Shown here: positions 35,740-45,816 of the stretch, in pieces
How positions within the stretch are numbered: position 1 is the stretch's first letter
Layout of the letters: each line of letters begins with the position of its first letter
DNA from: an uncultured Myxococcales bacterium
GTDB lineage: Bacteria > Myxococcota_A > UBA9042 > DTJE01
DNA length: 64,000 bases
Direction of reading: 5' to 3'
NCBI GenBank assembly: GCA_903936705.1
Contig: CAIZWN010000083.1
Coordinates: forward strand, 30,346 to 94,345
The notes under the pieces: generated by a model
Database searches by the model: none
What the model saw: the letters and a program-made list of their open reading frames with translations, nothing else
Told to the model about the DNA's origin: nothing
Program-made: the position numbers and the translations under genes

Positions 35740-37053
35740 GTGGGTCCGTACGGTTTCCAGATATTCGTCATCTTGACCCTTATCGGCTTGTCGGGTCTTG
35801 TCTCGGCTACCGAGACCGCGTTGCTGGCCCTTGGGCCGGGTGGCATCCACCAGATTCTCGACGAGGAGCGCCGCAAGAGTCGCCTGCTTGAGCAATGGCG
35901 GCACAAGCCGAACAAGGTCATCGCCGCCATCCTTGTCGCCAACAATGTAATCAATATCCTGGCTTCTTCGATGGCCACCAGTCTGGCGGCCGAGTTCCTG
36001 GAGTCCCGCGGCATCATCGGCGCTGCGGGCTGGAGCGTCGCCCTTTCCGTCGGTGTGATGACCTTCCTGCTGGTCCTGCTGGGCGAAGTCGCCCCGAAGA
36101 CGTATGCCAAGCACAACGCGCGAGTGCTGGTTCCCCTGTTTCCACTGACCTCCATGCTGTGCTGGGTAGTTCAGCCGATTTCGTGGTTGCTGGAGCGCAT
36201 CGGCGCTCGCCTCATTGCCGCTGCCGGTGGTTCGGTAGGTACCGGCGGCAGCCCGGTCACCGAGGAGGAGATCGAATCGATGATCCGCCTGGGCACAGCC
36301 CAGGGGTCGATGCCGACCGAAAAACAGGAACTGCTGACCTCGATAATCGAGTTCTCTGACACCATGACCCGCGAGATTCTGATCCCTCGGACCGACGTTG
36401 TGGGTTTCGAGATCGATACCTCGCTGGAAGAGGTCTTGAAGGTCGTGGGCGAGCATCAGTACTCGCGCTACCCGGTGTACGAGGAGGATCTTGATTCGGT
36501 CGTCGGGATCCTGACAGTCAAGGATTTATTGCGCCACCTAGGCAGCCGTGGCACCGAGGCATTCTCGTTGCGCCGGATGGCCCAGGGGCGCCGGACGTTG
36601 TTTGCGCCAGGCACCAAGCAGATCGGCGAACTGCTGAAGGAATTCCAGCGGGAACACGTTCAGATGGCGGTCGTGCTGGACGAGTTCGGCGGCACCGCTG
36701 GCATCGTTACCATCGAGGACGTGCTGGAAGAGATCGTCGGCGAGATATACGACGAACATGAAAAGGCTGAAGCCCAGATCAAGGAAATCGAACCCGGCCG
36801 ATACACCGTGCAGGCAAAGGTGGCGATCGAGGAGATTGCCGACCTGTTCAAAGTGGAACTTGCCGAGCAGGACGTTTACGAGACCGTTGGCGGGTTGGTA
36901 ATGACTCTGGCCGGTCATGTTCCCCACAAGGACGAGCGCGTCGAGTTTGCCGGTCTTGAGTTCCGAGTTCTTGACCGGACGCGTACTCGCGTGATTACTC
37001 TCGAGGTTGGGCGGGTGGCTCGGAATGGCGGGGACCAGGAAGCATCGGCCTGA
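35740..37053 (+). CDS. CorC/HlyC (CNNM) family transporter (DUF21, CBS pair, CorC_HlyC domains)
   Basis: N-terminal 4-TM DUF21 and paired CBS domains, with a C-terminal transporter-associated domain. Confidence 0.65.
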   Translation: MGPYGFQIFVILTLIGLSGLVSATETALLALGPGGIHQILDEERRKSRLLEQWRHKPNKVIAAILVANNVINILASSMATSLAAEFLESRGIIGAAGWSVALSVGVMTFLLVLLGEVAPKTYAKHNARVLVPLFPLTSMLCWVVQPISWLLERIGARLIAAAGGSVGTGGSPVTEEEIESMIRLGTAQGSMPTEKQELLTSIIEFSDTMTREILIPRTDVVGFEIDTSLEEVLKVVGEHQYSRYPVYEEDLDSVVGILTVKDLLRHLGSRGTEAFSLRRMAQGRRTLFAPGTKQIGELLKEFQREHVQMAVVLDEFGGTAGIVTIEDVLEEIVGEIYDEHEKAEAQIKEIEPGRYTVQAKVAIEEIADLFKVELAEQDVYETVGGLVMTLAGHVPHKDERVEFAGLEFRVLDRTRTRVITLEVGRVARNGGDQEASA

Positions 37054-37162
37054 CGTTGTGTTCACAAACGGGCGATGAAACCGTGGTTGTCATTGAAAGT
37101 GCCGGGATCAGGCGGCCAAGCGATCGTTGCTGGAGGCCGACGTCCTGTCGATGGAGTCGATC

Positions 37163-38470
37163 ATGAAGGTCGGTGTGATCGGGACCGGGTACGTCGGGTT
37201 GGTGCTGGGTGCCGGCCTGGCCGAGAGCGGCAACCACGTGGTGTGCGGTGACATCGACGCCCGCAAGATCGACCTGCTGAACTCGGGCGGGATCCCGATC
37301 TACGAACCCGGCCTGGACGACGTAGTGCTTCGTAATCGCGACAAGGGGCGCCTGTCATTTACGACCGACATCCCTGCGTTGGTTCGCGAGGCCACCGTCA
37401 TTTTCATTGCCGTAGGCACGCCCCCGCAGGAGGACGGATCTGCCGACCTCCAGCACGTGCTTGCGTGTGCCAGTACCATCGCTTCCAGCATGGACGGGTA
37501 TCGGCTGGTGGTGGTCAAATCGACGGTGCCGGTAGGCACGTGCGACAGGGTACGTGCGTGCCTTGCCAAGGCTACTGATCATCCATTCGACGTTGCCAGC
37601 AACCCCGAGTTCCTGAAGGAAGGCGATGCGGTTCACGACATGATGAAGCCTGACCGAATCGTTTGCGGTACGGATTCCGATCGGGCTGTTGACCTGCTGT
37701 CCGAGGTTTATGGAACATTTGTCCGCACAGGCAACCCGATCCTGTTCATGGATGTCAGGTCGTCCGAGATGACCAAGTACGCCAGCAACGCAATGCTGGC
37801 TACGCGCATTTCTTTCATGAACGAGATCGCAGGGTTGTGCGACCGGATCGGGGCCGATGTTGATCGGGTTCGGGCGGGCATGGGTGCGGATCCTCGCATC
37901 GGGTCCAAGTTCCTGTTCGCCGGCGTCGGTTATGGCGGGTCCTGCTTCCCGAAGGATGTGAAGGCGCTGGTCGCTACAGGTCACGAACAGGGCCTGTCGA
38001 TGAGGGTCCTTGAGGCTGTCGAGGCGGTCAACGCGGATCAGAAGCGCCTGCTGGTCTCGCGCCTTGTCGGCCTGCTGGGCGAGGACCTGACCGGGGTCAC
38101 CTGCGCGATCTGGGGACTGGCTTTCAAGCCGAACACCGACGACATGCGCGAGGCGCCGGCGGTCGAGATCATCCGTGGCTTGCTGGCCAGGGGGGCGCGC
38201 ATCAGGGCCTATGACCCGATCGCGATCGACAACACGCGGGAGATTCTTGGGGAGACGTCTGGTGTGGAATTCGTGGATGACCAGTATGCCGCCGTGGATG
38301 GCGCCGATGCCTTGTTGCTGGTCACCGAGTGGGGCGAGTTCAGGCAGCCGGACTTCGACGTGGTAAAGGCCCGGATGCGCGGTTCGATAATCCTGGATGG
38401 TCGGAACATATGGACCCCTTCCAGGATGCGCGAGGCGGGATTTACCTACCTTGGGGTTGGCCGGCCATAG
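37163..38470 (+). CDS. ugd: UDP-glucose 6-dehydrogenase
   Basis: N-terminal MKVGVIGTGYVGL Rossmann motif and the catalytic-Cys region GGSCFPKD. Confidence 0.75.
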   Translation: MKVGVIGTGYVGLVLGAGLAESGNHVVCGDIDARKIDLLNSGGIPIYEPGLDDVVLRNRDKGRLSFTTDIPALVREATVIFIAVGTPPQEDGSADLQHVLACASTIASSMDGYRLVVVKSTVPVGTCDRVRACLAKATDHPFDVASNPEFLKEGDAVHDMMKPDRIVCGTDSDRAVDLLSEVYGTFVRTGNPILFMDVRSSEMTKYASNAMLATRISFMNEIAGLCDRIGADVDRVRAGMGADPRIGSKFLFAGVGYGGSCFPKDVKALVATGHEQGLSMRVLEAVEAVNADQKRLLVSRLVGLLGEDLTGVTCAIWGLAFKPNTDDMREAPAVEIIRGLLARGARIRAYDPIAIDNTREILGETSGVEFVDDQYAAVDGADALLLVTEWGEFRQPDFDVVKARMRGSIILDGRNIWTPSRMREAGFTYLGVGRP

Positions 38471-39708
38471 GTCGCGCCGTCAGGGTCCAGTCGCATCCCT
38501 CCCAGAATCAGCGACAACATCCCTTCGTATTTTGTTGCCAGCAGCGTGTAGCAGTTGAACGCAAGCGTCCATCGGCGGTCCAAAACCAGCCAGCGTCGCG
38601 TGACCTCGCCCTCGGATTCCCCGATGAACGAGCGCAGCCCGTACTCGGCCGTCATTGACGAGTCCAGCACCACACCTGGGACGACATCGACGGCCCTTCC
38701 AAGGACGAGGATCGAACCGTACGGATCGGTCGCGCACAGAGGGCCTTCCATCGCCAGCTCCTCGGTCGGCACGACAGGTTCCGATACGCATTTGTGATCC
38801 CTGAGTCGGCCGAAGGACCAGCGCGATGGCAGGGGCAGGGACAAGCCCGGAAGGGACGTCTGGACAAGACCGGGGTCGGTGAGGTCGGCTCGCATCGTCA
38901 TGCCACGAACCGACATCGCGAACGAGACTGCCATTGCGATCAGGCACAGCGAGGCCAGCACCAGAACAGGGCGGGGTGTGGGCAGCGGTTCGGGTTCGAA
39001 CAGCGGGATCCTGCGTCCCATAGCCAGCGACAAGAAGGCACCCGAAAGGAAACCGCCAGCGTGGGCGGCGGTATCCGTCGTACGCGAGGTGATGGCGAAC
39101 ACCACCGACATTACAATCCAAAGCCCTGCAAACCCGGCCAGCCAGCGCCATGGAGCCTCGGGCAGCAACCTTCGGCGGCTTATGGCCGTGGTGATCAGGG
39201 CGCCCAGCAAGGCATATACCCCCCCGGACGCACCGACAGAAGGGGTGCTGGACAGCGCGGCGCTGGCAGCGAAGGACAGCGCTCCTCCGGCGACGAAAAT
39301 AACGATTGTTCGCGCGGATCCCAGTACGTTGTCGGCCATCTGCGACAGGAACCAGGTGCCCGTTGCGTTGACCGCAAAGTGGGCGGCGCCGGCATGCAGC
39401 AAAAGGGCCGCTACCAGCCGCCAGGGCTGGTCAGCCAGCAGCACGTCCAGATTGGCCCCGGCCAGCAGCAGTGCAGCAGGGTGCATGGTATCCTTGCCGT
39501 TGCGCGGCGCCAGCAATTCGAAAGTCAGCCACGCAATCAACAGGATGCCTGTCAGGATGGCCGGCAGTAACGAACGGCGCACCAGACGCGTCAGGAAGAT
39601 CGCATTCCTCAGTCGTTGGACCAGGGCATTGGCTTCCTGGTTGACGGAGGAAATCCCCAGTTCCTCGTCATCCAGTTGCCGGAGTTGGTGTCGATTTTGG
39701 TTCACAGA
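38446..39708 (-). CDS. Rhomboid-family intramembrane serine protease with a C-terminal extra-membrane domain (start uncertain, GTG assumed)
   Basis: GASGGVYAL (GxSG) and a downstream His-containing TM segment. Confidence 0.45.
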   Translation of the reverse strand, partial: SVNQNRHQLRQLDDEELGISSVNQEANALVQRLRNAIFLTRLVRRSLLPAILTGILLIAWLTFELLAPRNGKDTMHPAALLLAGANLDVLLADQPWRLVAALLLHAGAAHFAVNATGTWFLSQMADNVLGSARTIVIFVAGGALSFAASAALSSTPSVGASGGVYALLGALITTAISRRRLLPEAPWRWLAGFAGLWIVMSVVFAITSRTTDTAAHAGGFLSGAFLSLAMGRRIPLFEPEPLPTPRPVLVLASLCLIAMAVSFAMSVRGMTMRADLTDPGLVQTSLPGLSLPLPSRWSFGRLRDHKCVSEPVVPTEELAMEGPLCATDPYGSILVLGRAVDVVPGVVLDSSMTAEYGLRSFIGESEGEVTRRWLVLDRRWTLAFNCYTLLATKYEGMLSLILGGMRLDPDGATYGRPTPR

Positions 39709-39816
39709 CCTGGGAGGTACACCAATTCCCTTAATGGGGCAAGGCGTGCGGGTGTGGTTCGCCCTGTGGTACGATTCCGCGGTGCCGGTGGGCGACTGCC
39801 GTGTTGGGGAGGTGCC

Positions 39817-40227
39817 GTGAGCACTCGGGGGAAAATCCTGCTGCTGTCGTTCTTCGGGGTGTGCGTTCTTGCCGGTTTCGGCGTGTACCAATGGCACGAG
39901 TCTGCCCTGGACGACCTGGCCGTCGAGGACCTGCCTTACTCCGGCCCCCTGCTTTCGGTGATTGATGAATACTTGACGGCGGTTCCGCCCGATCGCGTCG
40001 GCGCCGAGGCCCGCCTGACTGGGATGCCAGACTGGGATAGGGACCGGATCGTTGCTGTCCTGGCCGCGCGCGGGGACAAGGACTCCAGGTTGCTTGCCAT
40101 TGCCGTGGCTCGACGTTTCAGGGACAGGCCGATCCCGCGAATTGTGCTGGCAAAACTGGTTCTGAAGGATCCTGACGCCAAGGTCAAGGAAGCTGCCAAG
40201 AAGGCCCTCAACGGCGAACCTCCATGA
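39817..40227 (+). CDS. Small membrane-anchored alpha-helical (HEAT-like) protein
   Basis: GTG start and an N-terminal TM segment. The stop overlaps the downstream start. Confidence 0.3.
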   Translation: MSTRGKILLLSFFGVCVLAGFGVYQWHESALDDLAVEDLPYSGPLLSVIDEYLTAVPPDRVGAEARLTGMPDWDRDRIVAVLAARGDKDSRLLAIAVARRFRDRPIPRIVLAKLVLKDPDAKVKEAAKKALNGEPP

Positions 40228-41741
40228 GGGTTACGGGCGCGTTCCTGGTTTTCCTGGTCACGTTTTGCAGTTTTGCCTACTTCTGGCAGGGGACCGGCCC
40301 GAACCAGAATTCGCGGCTGGACCTGACCAGGGCCATCGTTTCTGCCGGGTCTCTCGAGATCGATGCCTACGCTGCCAACACATTCGACCAGTCGACGCGG
40401 AACGGACACGTGTATTCGGACAAGGCGCCGGGACTGTCGTTTGCAGCCGTACTGCCGTGTGCCGCCTACTATCTGATGACCGATTCTGCCGATTCGGGCC
40501 AGCCGCCGATTGATCCCGTGCTGGCCTGGTTCCTGACCGTTTCAGTTATCGGATTGACGTCGGCCTTGGCGGCCAGCGCTATATTTTTTGTGCTTTCCTC
40601 GCTGGGTGCAGGGGTGTGGGCCTCCTTTGCGACGACTGTTGCCTGGGCGTTCGGGACGAATGCCTTTGCCTACTCCAGTCTGTTTCTGGCGCACCAGTTC
40701 GTCGCGGCTCTGGTCACGATATCCTTTGCGGCGTTGTGGCGCGTCCGATCCAGGCCGTCGCAGTCGCCTTTGTCCCAAACGATGCTGCTGGCACTTGCGG
40801 GGTTTGCCGCATCGTGGGCGTCAATTTCCGAGTATCCGGTCGGCTTGATAGCGGCGGCTCTGTTCCTGTATGGATTGGCTGGTCTTGGGCCGCGGCGAAT
40901 GTTTCCGTTCGTCCTTGCTGGCCTGCCTCCTTTGCTGCTGCTGGCTGCCTACAACCATGCCTGCTTTGGTTCGCCGTTCCGCCTGGGATATCAGGACCTC
41001 AGCGTGCCGCAGTACCGGGCGATCATCGAGCGGGGCTTCTTCGGGATCGGGCTGCCGGACCCGGCGGTGATGTTCCAGATGGCATTTGGCGAGTTTCGCG
41101 GCCTGCTGCCGCTGTCGCCGTTCCTGGTTCTTGCCCTGCCGGGGTTTGTGCTGATGCTGCGATCCCGCGACTTCAGGCACGAGGGACTTTTGTGTCTGGC
41201 CAGCGCCGGTTCGTTGTGGCTGCTTTCTTCCAGCTATCAGCGTTGGGACGGCGGAATGTCCATGGGTCCCCGCTATTTCGTGCCGGCGTTGCCGTTTCTG
41301 GTGCTGCCTGCCGGGCTGGCTATTGGCGCAATCGGATCGCTGCGCAGGGCCTTCTGGAGGCTGCCTGCAATAGGTGTGACCGCCGTCGCAATTCTTTCGT
41401 CGGTGTGCGTGTGTTCTGCGGCAGTGGCCGTGATGCCCGAATTTCCGGACGTTACCCTTCCGGCTGCACCGGTTTCGGGAATGGATGTGCCTGATGTGAA
41501 GCATCCGTTGACGCAATTCGTGTTCCCACTGCTGGCCCGCGGCCAGGTCGGCATCAAGGCGTCGCTGCCGAACGGGAATCTGTCGTTTGCCACATGGATT
41601 CCGGGGCACGAGTCGGACGCAGCCAACGTGGGCGAGGCCCTGGGCCTGACCGGGCTTGCCAGCCTGTTGCCACTGTTGGCGCTTTGGGCGTTGGCTCTGG
41701 GTGCCATGTTGCGGTGCCGCCAGTCGTCCAATATTCCTTGA
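40224..41741 (+). CDS. Polytopic membrane protein, glycosyltransferase GT-C/PMT-like
   Basis: About 12 TM helices with a conserved early periplasmic loop (NGHVYSDKAPG). Architecture resembles ArnT/PMT-type lipid-linked sugar transferases. Confidence 0.35.
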   Translation: MRVTGAFLVFLVTFCSFAYFWQGTGPNQNSRLDLTRAIVSAGSLEIDAYAANTFDQSTRNGHVYSDKAPGLSFAAVLPCAAYYLMTDSADSGQPPIDPVLAWFLTVSVIGLTSALAASAIFFVLSSLGAGVWASFATTVAWAFGTNAFAYSSLFLAHQFVAALVTISFAALWRVRSRPSQSPLSQTMLLALAGFAASWASISEYPVGLIAAALFLYGLAGLGPRRMFPFVLAGLPPLLLLAAYNHACFGSPFRLGYQDLSVPQYRAIIERGFFGIGLPDPAVMFQMAFGEFRGLLPLSPFLVLALPGFVLMLRSRDFRHEGLLCLASAGSLWLLSSSYQRWDGGMSMGPRYFVPALPFLVLPAGLAIGAIGSLRRAFWRLPAIGVTAVAILSSVCVCSAAVAVMPEFPDVTLPAAPVSGMDVPDVKHPLTQFVFPLLARGQVGIKASLPNGNLSFATWIPGHESDAANVGEALGLTGLASLLPLLALWALALGAMLRCRQSSNIP

Positions 41742-41810
41742 CTTCCTGCCTTTGAGGAAGCGGCTCAACCTGTAAACGGGTTGTTTCCCGCGGCATACGC
41801 GGGTGGTATC

Positions 41811-42653
41811 ATCATGCCGATGTCGGTTGATTGGCCCATCAGCGAGCACGATTTCGCGGCGTACTACAGGTTCGCGCCGGCTGCCCTGGCCCTGCGCGAG
41901 TGCGTGAGGCTGAAGGCGGTGCGGGGGATCGAACTTCCCGAGCCGATCCTCGATATCGGTTGTGGTGATGGCCTCTTCGCTCGCATGGCGTTCCCGGACC
42001 GCCAGTCGTGGGGGATCGACATCAATCCTGCCGAGGTCAAGCGGGCCCAGGCCACGCGGACCTACAGCACCCTGATTTGCGGCAGTGTCTGCGATGTCGA
42101 TCTGCCGCGCGGATTTTTTGGCAGCGCCATCGCGAACTGCAGCCTCGAGCACGTGCCGGACATTCACAAGGCGCTGTCGAACGTACGTCCCTCGCTGAAG
42201 GACGGTGCGCCATTCGTGTTGATCGTCCCGACCCCGGAATGGACCGCCCAGTTGGCTACTGTCGAGTTGCTGCGACGTGCCGGACTAGGCGATCTTGCTC
42301 GTGCCTACTCCGAAGGGATTGATCGCGTCTTCAGGCACATTCACATGCTGGACGAGGACGGCTGGGCGGATATCCTGCGTCCTGCTGGTTTCGAGATTGT
42401 GGAATCGCGGCCAATAGTTGATCGGCGCACGTCCTGGGCGTTCGACGTTCTGCTGTATCCCAGCGTCATCGGGTGGCTGGTGAAAAAAGCCACCGGCCGC
42501 TGGGTCATTTCCCCGCTGTTGCGGGATGCTTCTGAAAGGGTTGTCTGGAACCTTCTGAACACGATGTCAAGTCGGGTGGAAGCCGGCCCGGGGCAGGGCG
42601 AACACCTCCTGATCTGTCGGGCGATACCTTCTGGCGGGACCTCGCGACGATGA
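41811..42653 (+). CDS. Class I SAM-dependent methyltransferase
   Basis: Motif I ILDIGCGDGLF. Confidence 0.55.
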   Translation: MMPMSVDWPISEHDFAAYYRFAPAALALRECVRLKAVRGIELPEPILDIGCGDGLFARMAFPDRQSWGIDINPAEVKRAQATRTYSTLICGSVCDVDLPRGFFGSAIANCSLEHVPDIHKALSNVRPSLKDGAPFVLIVPTPEWTAQLATVELLRRAGLGDLARAYSEGIDRVFRHIHMLDEDGWADILRPAGFEIVESRPIVDRRTSWAFDVLLYPSVIGWLVKKATGRWVISPLLRDASERVVWNLLNTMSSRVEAGPGQGEHLLICRAIPSGGTSRR

Positions 42654-43282
42654 CCGAATATTTCGTCAACCATGCCCGCCGGACAAGGTTTCCCTGGAGC
42701 CTGTATCACGACGACATCTCGCGTCGGATTGCTTCTGCCGTCCGGTCACACGGTCCCAGCCCGCACGTGCTGATCGTGGGTTGCGGTCTGGAGCCGCTGG
42801 TTCCGGGTGTGGAAGATGCCGTCTGCTTTGCGTGCGACATCGATGCCAGGTCGATCGAGGCGTGCCGGCAGTGCCAGCCTGCGATGGCTGCCCGGCTGGC
42901 GGTCTGTCCTGCCCCAGACGTGCTGCCACAGGATCCAGGGTTCGAGGGGCCGTTCGATGTCGTCGTGGCAAAGGAGGTCGTCGAACACGTGTCGGGCCCC
43001 CAGGCATGGGCCCGAGTTGTTTCCAGGGGGCTTCGGATCGGGGGGGAACTGGTTCTCAGCACTCCCAACTACGGCAGGTTTTCCACGCTGCCGCTGATCG
43101 AGTCCACGATTCTCGAGGCGCTGGCCAGATTGGACGGGTATTCACGTCGCGAGATTCATCCTTCGCGATTCGACCGCCGGACGCTGGCTTTGCTGAATCC
43201 GTCGCCTGACATGGAGTTGATTGACGTCAGCGCAAGTTTTCTTGGGTGGGCGCTGGTCGGGCGATGGAGGCGGGTTCGTTGA
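42650..43282 (+). CDS. Class I SAM-dependent methyltransferase (second copy)
   Basis: Motif I VLIVGCGLEP plus motif II/III-like VVAKEVVEHV. 4-nt overlap with the upstream gene. Confidence 0.5.
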   Translation: MTEYFVNHARRTRFPWSLYHDDISRRIASAVRSHGPSPHVLIVGCGLEPLVPGVEDAVCFACDIDARSIEACRQCQPAMAARLAVCPAPDVLPQDPGFEGPFDVVVAKEVVEHVSGPQAWARVVSRGLRIGGELVLSTPNYGRFSTLPLIESTILEALARLDGYSRREIHPSRFDRRTLALLNPSPDMELIDVSASFLGWALVGRWRRVR

Positions 43283-43479
43283 GGCTGGTTGAAGCGTATT
43301 TTTTCGATTTGCCGTCCACGATTTGCCGTTTCAATCATTCCGGAAGTCAGCACATGCATGAAGTCGGCAGTTAGGTCGATGTCCGACGATTGATCCCTGA
43401 GGGTTCCTCTGCTATTTTCCTTCGGCGTCGGACACCCGGCCATTGCGGCATCTTGACGGTGGTCATCGGGCCATGCGCG

Positions 43480-43929
43480 ATGCCGGACGTGCCGGACCAA
43501 CCGGAGGTCCCAGTGGAGTCGCAGACACTTCCATACATCGCCCTGGGGATTACCGTCGCATTCTCGGTGGGAATCGCGATGGTGATCCTGGTGCTGAACC
43601 GGTTGCTGGGTCCTCATCGCATGAACGCCGAAAAGGGCGCACCTTTCGAGTGCGGCTCGGATCCCGTGGATTCGCCCGGCAAGCGCGTGAACGTGCGCTT
43701 CTACGTCGTAGCGATTTTCTTTGTCGTTTTCGACATCGAAGCTGTCTTCCTGTTCCCGTGGGCAGTCCTGTACCGCGAATTGCTGGCCACGCCCGCGTTC
43801 GGGATGTTGGCTCTTGCCGAGGTTGTCGTGTTCCTGGGCATCCTGGCCATGGGTCTGTGGTACGTCTGGGGCAAGGGCGCGCTGGACTGGGCCTTCGACG
43901 CGCCGGCTTCGAGGAGGAACCATGGTTGA
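43480..43929 (+). CDS. nuoA: NADH-quinone oxidoreductase subunit A
   Basis: 3-TM protein with the conserved FECG and FDIE...FL.PW motifs. Confidence 0.7.
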   Translation: MPDVPDQPEVPVESQTLPYIALGITVAFSVGIAMVILVLNRLLGPHRMNAEKGAPFECGSDPVDSPGKRVNVRFYVVAIFFVVFDIEAVFLFPWAVLYRELLATPAFGMLALAEVVVFLGILAMGLWYVWGKGALDWAFDAPASRRNHG

Positions 43930-44596
43930 AACCGGGAACATCGCCACGGATGGCGTTGTGGATCTCAAGCTTGACGGTGCTGCGGATTGCAAGCCGGACA
44001 GCATTCTTGAAAGTGTCGGAGAACGCTTTCCCTATCACGTAATTTCGGCTGCGAAATCCAACGGTGACGACGTGTTTGTCCTGCATCGCGAGGGGATCGT
44101 CCCTGTCCTGACATTTCTTCGCGACGAACTGGGGTTCACGCTTCCGCTGGACGTCACCGCAGTTGACCTGGTGGCCATGGCGTCAGGCAAGCCCGTCCAT
44201 TTTGAGGCGCCGCTGCATCCCATGCTGCACACACGTTCTGCGCCGCCGATCGGCGTGGTCGAGGACCATCGCTTCGAGGTCGTCTATCACGTCAGGCGAA
44301 TGGCCGATGGCGCCCTGGTCCGTCTGAAGGTTCCCGTTCGCGAGGACGACTGCGTGGTCCCCACTGCCACCGGCGTTTTCAAGGGGTTCGACTGGTTCGA
44401 GCGGGAGGTGTTCGACATGTTCGGCGTGCGCTTTGATGGCCATCCGAACTTGCGAAGGATCCTGAACTATCCCGAGTTCGTTGGACATCCGCTGCGCAAG
44501 GACTACCCGCGGCGGGGCCACCAGCCTTTGATCGACATGCCACGTCTCGAGGCCGACCCCGTGCCTGGGCTGGACGACGCCGGGAGGGTCCAATGA
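43922..44596 (+). CDS. nuoC: NADH-quinone oxidoreductase subunit C (30 kDa)
   Basis: FDMFG..F.GHP.LRRIL...GHPLRKDYP signature. Overlaps nuoA by 8 nt, so no nuoB lies between them. Confidence 0.7.
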   Translation: MVETGNIATDGVVDLKLDGAADCKPDSILESVGERFPYHVISAAKSNGDDVFVLHREGIVPVLTFLRDELGFTLPLDVTAVDLVAMASGKPVHFEAPLHPMLHTRSAPPIGVVEDHRFEVVYHVRRMADGALVRLKVPVREDDCVVPTATGVFKGFDWFEREVFDMFGVRFDGHPNLRRILNYPEFVGHPLRKDYPRRGHQPLIDMPRLEADPVPGLDDAGRVQ

Positions 44597-45804
44597 GCGC
44601 GATTACCCCCGAGGTTGGCGGCCAGTTGGACGATTTGCATGGCGAGACCATGACGATCAACATGGGCCCTTCGCACCCTGCCATGCACGGAACCGTGCGC
44701 ATTCGACTCAGCCTCGATGGCGAGGTGGTCAAGGACGCCGACATCGAGATCGGTTTTCTGCACCGCGGCTTCGAGAAGATGTGCGAGGTCGGTACCTGGA
44801 ACCAGGTCATTCCATACACCGATCGGCTGAACTACGTGTCGCCGTTGATAAACAACGTCGGTTACGTGGGTGCGGTCGAAAAGCTCCTGGGCATCGAGGT
44901 CACGGAACGCTGCAAATATGTGCGGGTGTTCGTCAGCGAGGTTGCGCGCATCGCGGATCACCTGACGGCGGTGGGCGCGCTGTCGCTGGAGATTGGCGCC
45001 TTCACTCCATTTCTGTGGGCGATGCAGGCACGAGAGGAACTCTATTTTTTGATCGAGTTCATCACCGGCGGGCGCGTCACCAGTTGCTATACCCGAGTTG
45101 GAGGGCTGCGCTACGATCTGCCCGAGGGCTGGCAGGACCGCTACCTAGCGGCCGAGAAGGTCGTCGAGGCCATGTGGGTCGACATGGACGCCCTGCTTAC
45201 TCGCAACAGGATCTTCATCGACCGCATGGCCGACGTCGGCTCCATCGGGCCGGTTGATGCGGTGGCCTACGGCTTCACGGGGCCTTGCCTGCGGGCATCG
45301 GGCGTGGACTACGACGTTCGAAAGAACCTTCCATACCTGGTGTACGACCGACTTGATTTCGACGTCCCGATCGGCACCAAGGGCGACAACATGGACCGAT
45401 ACCTGGTCCGCATGGAAGAGATTCGCCAGAGCATCAGGATCTGCCGACAGGTCATCAGGGACATTCCGGAAGGTCCTGTGAATATTGATGATTGGCGGGT
45501 GATATTGCCGCCCAAGGAAGATGTCTACAACACCATTGAAGGCATGATCGCCCATTTCGAGCTGGTCATGAAGGGCACGCCGGTCCCGAAGGGGGACGCC
45601 TACTTCGCTGTCGAAGGTGGCAACGGCGAAGTCGGCTTCTACGTGGTCAGCGACGGTTCGGGCTTCCCGTACCGCGTGCACTGCAGGGCGCCGTGCTTTG
45701 CCATCATGCAGGGCCTGAAGGACATGATTGTCGGCGGTTCGGTTGCCGACGTCATCCCGACCTTTGACGGGATCAACATGATCGGCGGCGAGATCGACCG
45801 CTGA
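44593..45804 (+). CDS. nuoD: NADH-quinone oxidoreductase subunit D (49 kDa)
   Basis: MTINMGPSHPAMHG and the HRGFEK motifs. Confidence 0.8.
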   Translation: MSAITPEVGGQLDDLHGETMTINMGPSHPAMHGTVRIRLSLDGEVVKDADIEIGFLHRGFEKMCEVGTWNQVIPYTDRLNYVSPLINNVGYVGAVEKLLGIEVTERCKYVRVFVSEVARIADHLTAVGALSLEIGAFTPFLWAMQAREELYFLIEFITGGRVTSCYTRVGGLRYDLPEGWQDRYLAAEKVVEAMWVDMDALLTRNRIFIDRMADVGSIGPVDAVAYGFTGPCLRASGVDYDVRKNLPYLVYDRLDFDVPIGTKGDNMDRYLVRMEEIRQSIRICRQVIRDIPEGPVNIDDWRVILPPKEDVYNTIEGMIAHFELVMKGTPVPKGDAYFAVEGGNGEVGFYVVSDGSGFPYRVHCRAPCFAIMQGLKDMIVGGSVADVIPTFDGINMIGGEIDR

Positions 45805-45816
45805 GCGAGGTTTCGC

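Noticed and set aside
40821-42167. 448-aa minus-strand ORF
   Set aside because: Antisense to the 12-TM membrane protein and methyltransferase genes. Its Arg/Gln/Pro-rich composition is not gene-like.
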